Assembly: GCF_026210795.1 (NCBI RefSeq)
Contig: NC_089432.1
Location: forward strand, 3,286,001-3,350,000
DNA: 64,000 nt
Direction of reading: 5' to 3'
DNA from: Rhizophagus irregularis
Taxonomy: Eukaryota
The notes under the pieces were generated by a model. It was not told the origin of the DNA and ran no database searches. It saw nothing but the letters and a program-made list of their open reading frames with translations. Of the stretch, positions 28,401 through 40,964 are shown piece by piece. Made by a program: the position numbers and the translations under genes. Position 1 is the stretch's first letter, and each line of letters starts with the position of its first letter.

Positions 28401-31400
28401 AGTAAGTAATAATAGAATTAAATAAATAACATACCATCTATAAAATAATTTTTGAATAAAGAATTTAGTTAATTCAAATTATATTAAATTATATAAATAA
28501 GTAATAAAATAACTTATAACTTACAATCTATTTAAATAAAGAATTTAGTAAGTTAAAATTATATGCAAATATTATATAAATGAGTAATACTAGATTTATG
28601 ACTTACGATCTATTTAATAAAGAATTCAGTTAGTTTAAATTATATATAAATAAGTAATAATAGATTAAATAATAACCTATAACTTACCAACTAAAGTAAA
28701 TTACAAAATAATTAATTTAATTTAATAGATTAAATTATATGTAAATATTATATAAATAAGTAAAAATAGAATTAAATAAAATAACTTTTAACTTACCAAC
28801 TAAAAGAGATCACAAAATAATATTTTTAAATAAAAAATTTAGTTAGTTTAAATTATATGTAAATATTATATAACTAAGTAATAATAAGGAAATAATAATT
28901 TTATGCAGGTGTGTTGCAACGCACCCCCTTTTTGGAAATTATTAAATAGTAAATTTGCTGATCATAACGTAATCATAGATGATTGACAAATTTACTATTT
29001 AAAAATTTCCAAAAAGGGGGGGTGCGTTCAAATTTTAAACCTTTAAATAAATAACTTATAACTTACGATCTATTTAAAAATAAAGAATTTAATTAGTTTA
29101 AATTATATGTAAATATTATATAAATAAGTAATAATAAGAATTAAATAAATAACTTACTCCCTATATTATTAAATAATTTTTTAAATAAAGAATTTAGTTA
29201 GTTTAAATTATATGTAAATATTATATAAATAAGTAACAATAGAATTATACTTACTCCCTATATTATTAAATAGTTTTTTAAATAAAGAATTTGGTTAGTT
29301 TAAATGATAGAATTAAATAAATAACCTATAACTTACCAACTAAAAGAATTACAAAATAATTTTTTAAATAAAGAAATTAATTAGTTTAAATTATATATAA
29401 ATATTGTATAAATAGAATTAAATAAATAACTTACCAACTATAAAATAATTTTTAAATAAAGAAATTAATTAGTTTAAATTATATATAGATATTGTATAAA
29501 TAGAATTAAATAAATAACTTACACTCTATATTATCTAATAATTTTTTAAATAAAGAATTTAGTTAGTTTAAATTCTATGTAAATATTATATATTATAATT
29601 AAATAAATAACTTATAACTTACCAACTAAGGAAATTACAAAATAATTTTTAAATAAAGAATTTAATTTATGTAAATATTATATAAATAAGTAATAATAGA
29701 ATTAAATACTAAATAATTTATAACTTACGATCTATTAAATAAATAAAAAAATTAGTTAGTTTAAATTATATGCAAATATTATATAAATAAATAATAATAG
29801 AATTAAATAAATAACTTACTCCCTATATTATTAAATAATTTTTTAAATAAAGAATTTAGTTAGTTTAAATTATACGTAAATATCATTTAAATAAGTAATA
29901 ATAGAATTAAATGAATAACCCACTCCCTATATTATTAAATAATTTTTTACATAAAGAATTTAGTTAGTTTTTAAATTATATGCAAATATTATATAAATAA
30001 GTAATAATAGAATTAAATAAATAACTTATAACTTACAATCTATTTAAATAAAGAATTAAGTTAGTTTAAATTATACATAAATATTATATAAATGTACTAA
30101 TAGAATTAAATAAATAACTTATAACTTACGTAAAGAATTTAATTAGTTCAAATTATATGTAAATATTGTATGAATAAGTAATAATAGAATTTAAATAAAT
30201 AACTTATAACTTACCAACTAAAAAAAATTACAAAATAATTTTTTGGATAAAGAATTTAATTAGTTTAAATTATATGTAAAAATTGTATAAATAAGTAATA
30301 ATTAAATAAATATCTTATAATTTACCAACTAAAAGAAATAACAATATAATTTTTTTAAGTAAAGAATTTAGTTAGTTTAAATTATATGCAAATATTATAT
30401 AAATAAGTAATAATAGAATTAATAATGAAATAACTTACTCCCTATATTATTAAATAATTTTTTGAATAAAGAATTTAGTTAGTTTAAATTATAAGCAACA
30501 ATAAAATTAAATAAATAACTTACTCCCTATATTATTAAATAATTTTTTAAATAAAGAATTTAGTTAGTTTAAATTATATAAATATTAAATAAATATGCAA
30601 TAATAGAATTAATAAATAACTTACTCCCTATTATTAAATAATTTTCAAATAAAGAATTTAGTTAGTTTAAATTATATGTAAATATTATAACAATAAGTAA
30701 TAATAGATTAATAGAATTAAATAAATAGCTTATAACTCACCAACTAAAAGAAATTACAAAATAATGTTTTAAATAAATAATTTAGTTATTTTAAATTGTA
30801 TGTAAATATTATACAAATAAGTAATAATAGAATTAAATAAATAACTTATAACTTACCAACTAAAAGAAATTACAAAATAATTTTTTAAATAAAAAATTTT
30901 GTTAGCTTAAATTATATGTAAATATTATATAAATAAGTAATAATAGAATTAAATAAATAACTTACTTCCTATATTATTTAATAATATTTTACATAAAGAA
31001 TATAATTAGTTTAAATTATATGTAAATATTATAACAATAAGTAATAGTAGAATTAAATGAATAACTTATAACCTACCAACTAAAAGAAATTACAAAATAG
31101 TTTTTTTAAATGAAGAATTTAATTAGTTAAAATTATATGTAAATATCAAATAAATAAGTGATATATAAATAAGTAATAATAGAATTAAATAAATAACTTA
31201 TAACTTACTATCTATTTAAAAAAAAATTTAGTTAGTTGAAATTATATGTAAATATTATATAATTAAGTAATAATAGAGTTAAATAAATAACCTACCCCCT
31301 ACATTATTAAATAATTTTTCAAATAAAAAATTTAGTTTAAATTATATGTAAATATTATATAAATAAATAACTTATGACTTACAATCTATTTAAGTAAAGA

Positions 31401-34400
31401 ATTTAGTTAGGTTAAATTATATGTAAATATTAAATAAATAAGTGATATATAAATAAGTAACAATAGAATTAAATAAATAAATAACTTACGATCTATTTAA
31501 TTAAGAATTTAATGTTTTATAAATAAGTAATAATAGAATTAAATAAATAACTTACTCCCTGTATTTTTAATAATTTTTTAAATAAAGAATTTAGTTAGTT
31601 TAAATTATAAGCAACAGCAACAATAAATTAAATAAATAACTTACTCCCTATATTATTAAGTAATTTTTTAAATGAAGAATTTAGTTAGTTTAAATTATAT
31701 GTAAATATGTAATAATAGAATTAATAAATAACTTACTCCCTATATTATTAAATAATTTTTTAAATAAAGAATTTAGTTAGATTAAATTATATGTAAGTAT
31801 TTTATAAATAAATAATAATAGAATTAAATAAATAACTTATAGCCTACCGACTAAAAAAATTACAAAATAATTTTTTAAACAGAGAATTTACTTAGTTTAA
31901 ATTATATGCAAATTTTATACAAATAAGTAATAATAGAATTAAATAAATAACTTATAACTTACAATCTATTTAAAAAAGAATTTAGTAGTTAGTTGAAATT
32001 ATATGTAAATATTATATAATTAAGTAATAATAGAGTTAAATAAATAACCTACCCCCTACATTATTAAATAATTTTTCAAGTAAAAAATTTAGTTTAAATT
32101 ATATGTAAATATTATATAATAAATAACTTATGACTTACAATCTATTTAAGTAAAGAATTTAATTAGGTTAAATTATATGTAAATATTAAATAAATAAGTG
32201 ATATATAAATAAGTAATAATAGAATTAAATAAATAAATAACTTACGATCTACTATTTAATAAAGAATTTAATTAGTCTAAATTATATGTAAATGTTATAT
32301 AAATAAGTAATAATAGAATTAAATAAATAACTTACTCCCTATATTTTTAATAATTTTTTAAATAAAGAATTTAGTTTAAATTATAAATAACAGCAACAAT
32401 AAAATTAAATAAATAACTTACTCCCTATATTATTAAGTAATTTATTAAATGAAGAATTTACTTAGTTTAAATTATATGCAAATTTTATACAAATAAGTAA
32501 TAATAGAATTAAATAAAAAAACTTATAACTTACCAACTAAAAAAATTACAAAATAATATTTTAAAATGAATTTAATTAGTTTAAATTATTTTCAAATATC
32601 ATATAAATAAGTAATAATATAATTGAATAAATAACTTATAACTTATGATCTATTTAAATAAAGAACTTAGTTTAAATTATATGTAAATATTAGGCCACAC
32701 AAATTCGAATTTTCGGTTCACTTCACCCGGCCGGGTCACTTTTTCAAATTTCAATAAAAAAAAGTTTATATATAAAAAATTTATCATGTGATCAGAACGT
32801 AATTTTATTGGCGGGTAAGTTTATCACGCGGCTGAGAACTTCTAGAGCGAAAATAAATTCCTCCCTTTTAAAAGTCAACCAATCAAATGTCACGATTTTA
32901 TATATAAACTTTTTTTACTAATAAACAATAAACCCTGGGTCCCCGGGTCGATTTTAAATTTCAATGTTACGTGAACTGAAAAATTGAATTTGTGTGGCCT
33001 TATATAAATAAGTAATAATAGAATTAAATAAATAACTTACTCCCTATGTTAGTAAATAATTTTTAAATAAAGAATTTAGTTAGTTTAATTATGTAAATAT
33101 TAAATAAATAAGTAATAATAGAAATTAATTATTTCTTACGATCTATTTAAATAAAGAATTTGGCTAGTTTAAATTATATGTAATTATATAAATAATTAAA
33201 TATAGAATTAAATAAATAGTAACTTACTCTCTATATTATTAAATAATTTTTAAATAAAGAATTTGGTCAGTTTAAATTATATATAAATATTATATAAATA
33301 GGTAAACAAGTAATAATAGAGTTAAGTAAGTGGCTTACTCCCTATATTATTAAATAATTTTTTAAATATATAAAGAAATTAGTTAGTTTAAATTATATGT
33401 AAATATTATAACAATAAGTAATAATAGAATTAAATAAATAACTTATAACTTACAATCTATTTAAAATTTAGTTAGTTTAAATTATATGTAAATATTATAT
33501 AAATAAAGTAATAACAGAATTAGATAAATAACTTATAACTTACAAACTAAAAAAAAATTACAAAATAATTTTTTAAATAAAGAATTTAGTTAGTTTAAAT
33601 TATATGTAAAATATTATATAAATAAGTAATAATAGAATTAAATAAATACTTCCTATATTATTAAATAATTTTTAAAATAAAGAATTTAGTTAGTTTAAAA
33701 TATATATAAATATTATATAAATAAGTAATAATAGAATTAAATAACTTACTTCCTATATTATTAAATAATTTTTTAAATAAAGAATTTAGTTAGTTTAAAA
33801 TATATGTAAATATATATTATAACAATAAGTACTGGTAATAGAATTAAATAAATAACTATAACTTACCAACTAAAAGAAATTACAAAATAATTTTTTAAAT
33901 AAAGAATTTTGTTAGCTTAAATTATATAAATAATAGAAATATATACATCTATAACTTACACCCTAGTATTATTATTAATTAATTATTAGTTAAATATAAA
34001 TATAATACAAAAGTATTTACTGTAATTAAATGTATCACTTACAATCTAGTTATTTAAATTAAGAATATAATTAGTTGAATTATTTAAAATATTAAAATAT
34101 TAACAAACAGATATAATATTGTAACTTACCATCTGTAATACAATTAATTATTAAATAGTTAATTAAATAAAGAATTCAGTTATTATTATATTATGTAAAA
34201 TAAATAAAACAAAGTAAAGAATTAAAGATTTTTTAAATAACCAATAACTTACCGACTATAGTATTATTATATTAATCATTAAATAAATTATTTAGTTACA
34301 TGAAATATAAAAAAATGATAAGTAATTCCATTATTATTCAATTATAAGATAACTTATTAACTTACGAGCTAAATTATTTAATATTATTTTTGTATATATA

Positions 34401-34725
34401 GTTAGTTTAATTTGTTATTATGTAAGGTATAAATAATTATAGTTAGTATTTAAATGTATTTACAAATAAAAATTTAATATTTTAGCATGTTTAATATACC
34501 TTTAGATTCCTTGATACTTCTTTCTTCAAATTCTTCAGGGTCACTTTCTTTGAATTCCTCAGAGCTACTTCCTTTAAATTCTTCAGTACTACTTCCTTTA
34601 AATTCAATATTACCAGAAACTAGTTTTATTATATTATAAATTTGTTTAAAAATATTAGAATTCTAATTGTATTAAATGTTTATATTATACATATGATTAT
34701 TACCTTTATCATTACTGAGAACCAT
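25500..34725 (-). CDS. TKL-type protein kinase with a micro-exon-encoded N-terminal region (predicted gene model)
   Basis: Exon 1 34725-34704 (MVLSNDK+G); exon 2 34619-34500 (120 nt, phase 1); ~69 3-nt micro-exons; then kinase exons 26762(or 26757)-26546 and 26468-25500 with KSGNTIMDNFI, DKGRFG, ILK, HCDFHDGN, DLG, MAPE. The kinase part is secure; the link to the 5' exons is inferred. Confidence 0.7.
28888..29041. mobile_element. Short palindromic insertion (MITE-like) inside an array intron
   Basis: Inverted arms AACGCACCCCCTTTTTGGAAATT...TAAATAGTAAATTTG / CAAATTTACTATTTA...AATTTCCAAAAAGGGGGGGTGCGTT interrupt a repeat unit. TSD is not clean. Confidence 0.7.
32693..32999. mobile_element. PIF/Harbinger-type MITE inside an array intron
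   Basis: TIR GGCCACACAAATTC...GAATTTGTGTGGCC; TTA TSD. Removing it restores the unit sequence AAATATTATATAAAT. Confidence 0.9.
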
Positions 34726-37144
34726 TACTATATAATTATATTAAAATTCTCTCTGACTGGAAAATGTAATATAATTTTTTTTATTATTATTAAATGCTTT
34801 TATTATATGGTATATATGGTAATAATATTATTGCAAAATGCATGCGCAAAAGCATTGATTATAAGTACAAACTTTGCACATTTGGAATAAATTGTCCATA
34901 TGATTGATGATCTTGTCAATTTTGTAGAACAATGTAGATCTATATCACCAATGTCACGTCTGCTGACATAGCATGTAGATCATGTATAGCTGAAATGTTT
35001 TATTTATTATGTTTATTTTATTAATTGTAGTTATTATATTAGACATATTTATTGTTAATTATTTTTGCTATATCAAAATATGTAATATATTTATTATAAA
35101 TAAAGCTCTGCTTTATTACAGATCCAGAGAGTGTTCGTAAGTGTTCATTCTTGGTTTGTATATAATCCCTTATTCATGTCTGATTTGTTGCACTCTATTC
35201 ACGTCTACTTGGATTGGTTTGTATAGTTTTTCTTGATATTAAATCCTTCTGCTTACCATTTGCAAATTATTGTTTACCCTGTAAGCCCTAAAGAACTGAC
35301 TTCAGTTAACGATAACTGGAATATATGTCAATCATGAATCATCAAGCCTCATTGTTGCAAAGCAAAAATCATAAAGCAAAGAAATTTCTTAACACATAAT
35401 ATAACTTAGAGTAGCAAAGATTTTGAATATCACTTTTTTAATTTTTTTGTTAAAACTAACTTGGAAATTATCAGTTATGTGACTTATATCCAAAGTGGTG
35501 ATAATACAGAGTAAACCTTCACATCATTACTATAATTTTTTAAAATTATATAATATCATGTTTCATAAAGCATTCAGAAAATGCACAATTTCATTTCACA
35601 AAATGCATCATTTGCTAATTTGACTATGGGAATTTACACTAAATTTATATTGATTTGATCACAGAATTTACATAATTTGAGTAATACAATGAATTTACTG
35701 CTTAAATTACATTTTAAATAATAATACTTATTAAATTATTAAATAATTATTTTGAATTACAGTTATCCGTAAAATTGTAGATTATTAATGAGTGCGAAGT
35801 AAAGGAGATATAAGTATTTTAGCCACGGTTTACTATATTGTGTCAGGATTTAGAATGTTGTGATGATTCAAATTAAGACAATTAATTGATTAGGTACTTC
35901 AAAAATTGGTTGATCAATTAATTTAATCTCAAATAGATTTAGTTAGATTGACTTCATAAAAAATACTGTAAAAAAAAATTTTGTTTATTGTTTTACAATT
36001 TTTTTTAAAAAAAATAATTGGCTATAGGAATGTTGAAAATGTTGAAGAATCTTTATCTGGGTCATCAAAGCTTGCATCTTCCACTAAAATTTCTAAAAGG
36101 TTATCATTCTTGGAATCAACAGCTAGTAGTCAACAACAGAAAATGAAAATTTTTTTCGTTAAAAGAAATTCAAAAATATATTAATATGTTCACTTGCTGC
36201 TAATAAGGTAATATTCTAATTACATAATTGAAACGTTCTCATATAGTAAACTAATGAATTTTTAATTTAGAAAAAATAAATTAATATTTTTTTTTTTGTT
36301 ATCTTACAATATTTAAGCAAATGTCATGTGATAGTATGCTAAAAATTATAAATGTGGATTTTAAGGGCGGAACTATGACGAGTTAAAACTGTTAAAATAG
36401 ATATAAGTAAATAAAATAAATAAACGCAAAATCGATCAATTAACCATTTAATCTTATTTATATGAATATCAATCGATTATACTTCTAGTCCTATAATCGA
36501 TAATGATACCAGCATGATGTTTGGCGCTTATAAACATTATACGCTGAATGTTTACGCTTATCAGTATTTTTAAATTTAGTAAGAATTTTAAACCAAAAAT
36601 TAGATATATGAGGAGTTTTTATCATAAAATTGTTTTGTTTGTCCAGAGCAATAAATTGTTTATTTAACACGTGGCAAGATTGAATAAGTACTTTTTCTAT
36701 CGAGATCATTGTGTTGAAAGAACATCGCACTCATTAGCGTTACTCAGCAGTTCAAACTACTGAGTAATCGTCACTTTTTTAAGGGAAAATTTTACTAAAC
36801 TTTTTATATTCCATCTCTTTTCCGTAAAAGGCCTATATTCCGGAATTAATAACCTTATATTACGGAATTTATCGAATTATTTACATTTTCCGTGAATGGA
36901 TCCACGAAAGACTCATTTTTACGGAGTTTTACAGAAATTTTTATAGGGATAAAGAAAGGTGTCAGAGATTTTTCTCAAAAAAATAATTAATTTTCTCAAT
37001 AACTATTATATTTTTTTATTTTCTTTAAAAGGTATAATAGTTTTAAATGTTTAATTAGCATTCATTATAATTAATTTAATATTATAAATATTATAAATTT
37101 AATATTACATAATAAATAATTTAATTTACATAGTAAATTGTTAC

Positions 37145-39163
37145 TAATTCTATTATTTTATAAGTTCTTCTAATCTATTTTGATCTTTTCGATATTCTTG
37201 TTTAGCTGATTTTTCATACCAGTAAATTGCTGTATATAGATCTTTTTAACTCCGTCTCCTTTTTCATATTTCAAAGCAAGATTATATTGTGCTGCCTTTT
37301 ATCCTAAATTTGCAGCTTCCCGATACAATTAAGCTGCCTTTTGCTTATCAATATTAATTCCAATTCCACTACCATAACAATATCCGTATGTAGTGATTCC
37401 TTTTAAATACCCTTATTCAGCTGATCTTTTACATAATTCAAAAGCTTTTCGGTAATCTTTATTATCACCTCCTCTAATATATAAAAGACCAAGATTATGC
37501 ATAGCCATCAAATGTCCATTATTTGCAGCTTTTTCATAAAAATACACAGCCATTTTTAAAATTTTATTAACAATTTTACCAGTTTCATAAAACCAACCTA
37601 AATTAAATTGTCCCATTGCACAATCTTTTTTAGCTACTTTTTTATAATGTAATAATGCCTGCATTTCATTCTTTGGAGTTCCAATTCCAGATTGATATCA
37701 TTTTCCAACAAAATATTGTACTAATATTTGATTCTCTTCTGATACACTCTTAAATAAATTAAAAGCTTTTTCTTCATCTTTTATTGTTCCAATTCCATAA
37801 TAATTAAAATATCCAAGTAAGAAGATTAATTCTAAAGTATTTTGATTATTTGATAACCAATTATAAATTTGAGTGTTGAAATAATCACCTTGTTCTACTA
37901 CACCCCAATCTTTTCCTTTATTTTCTTCCTTAAAAATTAGATCAACTTATTCATTAATCATAATATTAAAATTTTTTTCAAATGGAATATTTTGATTAAT
38001 TTGTTCTTTTGTGATTATCCAATCTCTTTCACTTGTATTAATATTATTGTAATTAGAATTTTGAAACTTTGAAATAAATAACATTTTTAATCTATTAACA
38101 ACTTCATGTACAGTTGGTCGTTTACTCGGTTCATTATTCCAACATTCTAATAATTAAAGAAATGTATTTGATTAAAATGAAGTGACTTAATAAGTAAAAC
38201 AAACAATGCGTTAAATCATATTTACCAGTATACAGAGTGGAATAATCGCTAGGAGTATCAGGAATAATTTCTTCTCTTCGGCCTTGTGAAATGTTATAGA
38301 TTAAACCAATCTTATTTATCTCTTCATGAAATGGTGGTTTCCCACTTGATATTTCCCAAAGTAAAACGCCAATACTATCGATCCTTTTTGATAATCCAAA
38401 ATCTGCCAGTTTGATGGAGTTCCGATGAACCAATACATTACAGGAATGCTATTATAATGAATAAATAAAATTTAATTAATGTAATTTATAAAATATTTTA
38501 TTAATTTATTAAAAAAAAATTACCAAGTCTCGGTGAACAATTTCTGGAACAAGCTAATTGATAAGTAAATTGAATTTATATTCCAACTAAGTCTCTTGAA
38601 GTTTTTGTTTAAATAGTCACGAAGAGATCCACCATCGGCGTATTCCATTATCAATAAATAATTTTTTGTTTGTTCAATTTTATTTTCTAATGAAAAGAAT
38701 AATCACTTTATTTAAAAAAAAATTTATAAGTAAATTTATATTTAGTTATTGATATTTAAATATTTACAAATACCTGATTCAAGTTTTGTAATTCCACAAA
38801 AGCGATTAATATTATCATTAAAATCTATTTCTCGTTAAAGCTTAAACTAAAAATAAAGAAATTAAAAACCTAATAAATATAAAAATAGTACACAAAGTAA
38901 TTATTTAATATATAATCGAATTTTTTTTTAATTACCTCATTAATAATTTCTTTTAAAGTAATACTGTTAAAATTAAAAAAAGATTTCAATGCAAAATAAT
39001 AATGATCATGATTTTTCCAATTTGCACAAAAAACCTTTCCAAAAGATCCAGTTCCAATCTCTTGAATATTTTTAAAATTTCAAATTCATAATATTTAATG
39101 TTTTCTATTGATAGCATCTTCAATCCAATAAATCGATTTATCAATATTTTCATTATTTTGCAT
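37145..39163 (-). pseudogene. Kinase-SEL1 repeat pseudogene
   Basis: Starts MQNNENID like the 45868 and 53836 genes. Frameshift in exon 1, deletion joining DFGLSKRID directly to SIGVLLWE, and several stops/frameshifts in the SEL1 repeats. Confidence 0.85.
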
Positions 39164-39883
39164 TTTTGTTATTATTGTTTATTATTAACAGAAATTGTCA
39201 ATGGAGTAAAAACAATAAAAATTTTTTTATGGAAAAAGTTCTAATTTATAGATTTATGTAAATCATACATATAGACTTGTATACGCCTTTTACGGAAAAG
39301 AGATGGAATATAAAAACAGATCGACTTTTTTACGGGGTATATAAAATACCTTTATTGCTTTTTTAACTAAATATAGCTTATTAACAAATCTTTAGTTTAT
39401 TTATTAAAAAGATTTTTTATATCACGATAATTTCCCAAAATTCCAACATTTTTTAATTTGACTATTTTGTTAGCAGTTAAATTTATAGGACCGTTTGAAT
39501 TAATTTAGGTAGAACTTTTGAGCCAAGAAGTTGTCCAAAGTTGTCCAAAGAATTTTTATATCTAAATTACCAAATTAATTTTTTTTTTTATCAGATAAAC
39601 TCATCTACCTAAAGGCGAAAATAAAAAAAAAACAAAGTAAAAATAAAATTAATCTGGATCACTTGTAATATAAAATCCAAAATATCTTTACCAAAATATA
39701 TATTGTGTAGTAAACCTTGTGCTCTCGTAAAAAGGCTATTATAAATTTATCCATTTTTTTGTAATACCTAATTTTTTTTTTAATAAAGATTATTTCTATT
39801 ATCCTATATAATATTTGTTTCTTTAAAAACTGTTTGTAATAAGAACACTCCAAAAAATAAATGTTCTTCCTTTTTCATGATAC

Positions 39884-40590
39884 TGTCACGGGATGTTTTT
39901 TTATTTTTATTTATATTTATAGTTTATTTTATATATAGTTTATATAGTTTCTTTTATATAGTTTATTTTTTTTTTTTGCTTATTTAACATATAGATAGAG
40001 ATCGAAGGCTTAGAGGTGGGTGGCTTAAGATAGAAGTGGCTTAACTGTCTGATCAGCAAATTTGACTGGAAGGCAAAATTGGCCGGATGGAGAATTTGTT
40101 CGATAGAGATTGGAGGCTTAGAGGTGGGTGGCTAAGATAGAACTGGCTTAAACTGGACAAATCGTTTGATCAGCGGAAGGCAAAATTGGAATTTGTTAGA
40201 TAGGCGAATTTATACCGAATTTTGAACGATATGCAGTATATAGGACCGATTTGTGAAGGGTTTAAAAATTGTGTGGTTTTGTTTTATAAAGAGATAAATA
40301 TACGAATATTACAGAGCGCAGTAATATTGTATTTTATTTGAGTATAAATAAACCCCGCCGAATTGTTTTCAATCTCATTTTATCACATTGATTATTGTCA
40401 TTTTTTGGCCTGTCGCCATATTTTGTTTTCTTATTGTTATACACTTTATTACTTATTGTTCAATATTTATGCACACATATTCGATTTATCTCACCACTTG
40501 CTATTCAACGTCATATTACCTTATCGATTGTTAACCGATCCTTATTTATTTTCCTGTCACTACCTAACCACTGACAATCGTCTGATAACA
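39884..40590. mobile_element. Solo LTR
   Basis: TGTCAC...ATAACA ends. The 4-bp TSD ATAC is at 39880-83 and, after removing the MITE, at 40971-74. Shares internal motifs with 51955-52598. Confidence 0.75.
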
Positions 40591-40592
40591 AT

Positions 40593-40964
40593 TAGGGATG
40601 GCAACGGTCACGGTCATTAACCGGTTATGACCAGTCATGACCGTGACCGATATTGGTCATTGACTGACCAGTCTGACCGACCGGTTAACCGACTGTTTGA
40701 CCAACTGTTTAACCGATCCTGAAAATGTTTGCGAAATGTAATTTAATAAAAAAATGTTTTGCAAACGTTTTTTTAATTATTTTAATAGAAAACGTTGCGA
40801 AAATGTTTTTATTAAGTATTTCAAACGTTTTTTATTAAATTACGTTTCGCAAACATTTTCAGGATCGGTTAAACGGTCGGTCAAACGGTCGGTCGGTCGG
40901 TCAAAAGTTCTTGACCGGTTATGACCGACCGATGACCGACCATGACCGACCGTTGCCATCCCTA
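40593..40964. mobile_element. hAT-type MITE
   Basis: TIR TAGGGATGGCAACGGTC...GACCGTTGCCATCCCTA; 8-bp TSD ATAACAAT; subterminal GACCG repeats. Confidence 0.9.

Larger units (their letters stand above)
26912..34368 (-). repeat. Tandem array of ~70 intron + 3-nt micro-exon units (~80-130 bp each)
   Basis: The + strand repeats ACTTAC-NNN-CT(A/G)...TTAGTTAGTTT, which on the minus strand reads ACTAAC branch...YAG|NNN|GTAAGT. Examples: TTG 26912-14, CTT 26999-27001, GGT 27099-101, GAA 27206-08, GGA 27316-18, CTC 34366-68. Confidence 0.9.

Noticed and set aside
26912..34368. CRISPR-like array or plain satellite DNA
   Set aside because: Eukaryotic context, no cas genes, and the variable part is only 3 nt bounded by AG and GT. 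The conserved parts are splice signals.
26912..34368. Phase-0 reading of the micro-exons (LSMIGLEEFIGRIGLGGIIG..., hydrophobic Gly/Ile/Leu-rich)
   Set aside because: It is open and membrane-like, but both flanking exons require phase 1. It would need unseen phase-shifting exons. Phase 2 hits a stop at once.
36491..36730. ORF sharing RKHSAY..YKR with ORF 52843-53037
   Set aside because: Explained by a duplicated flank block; too short to assign a protein family.
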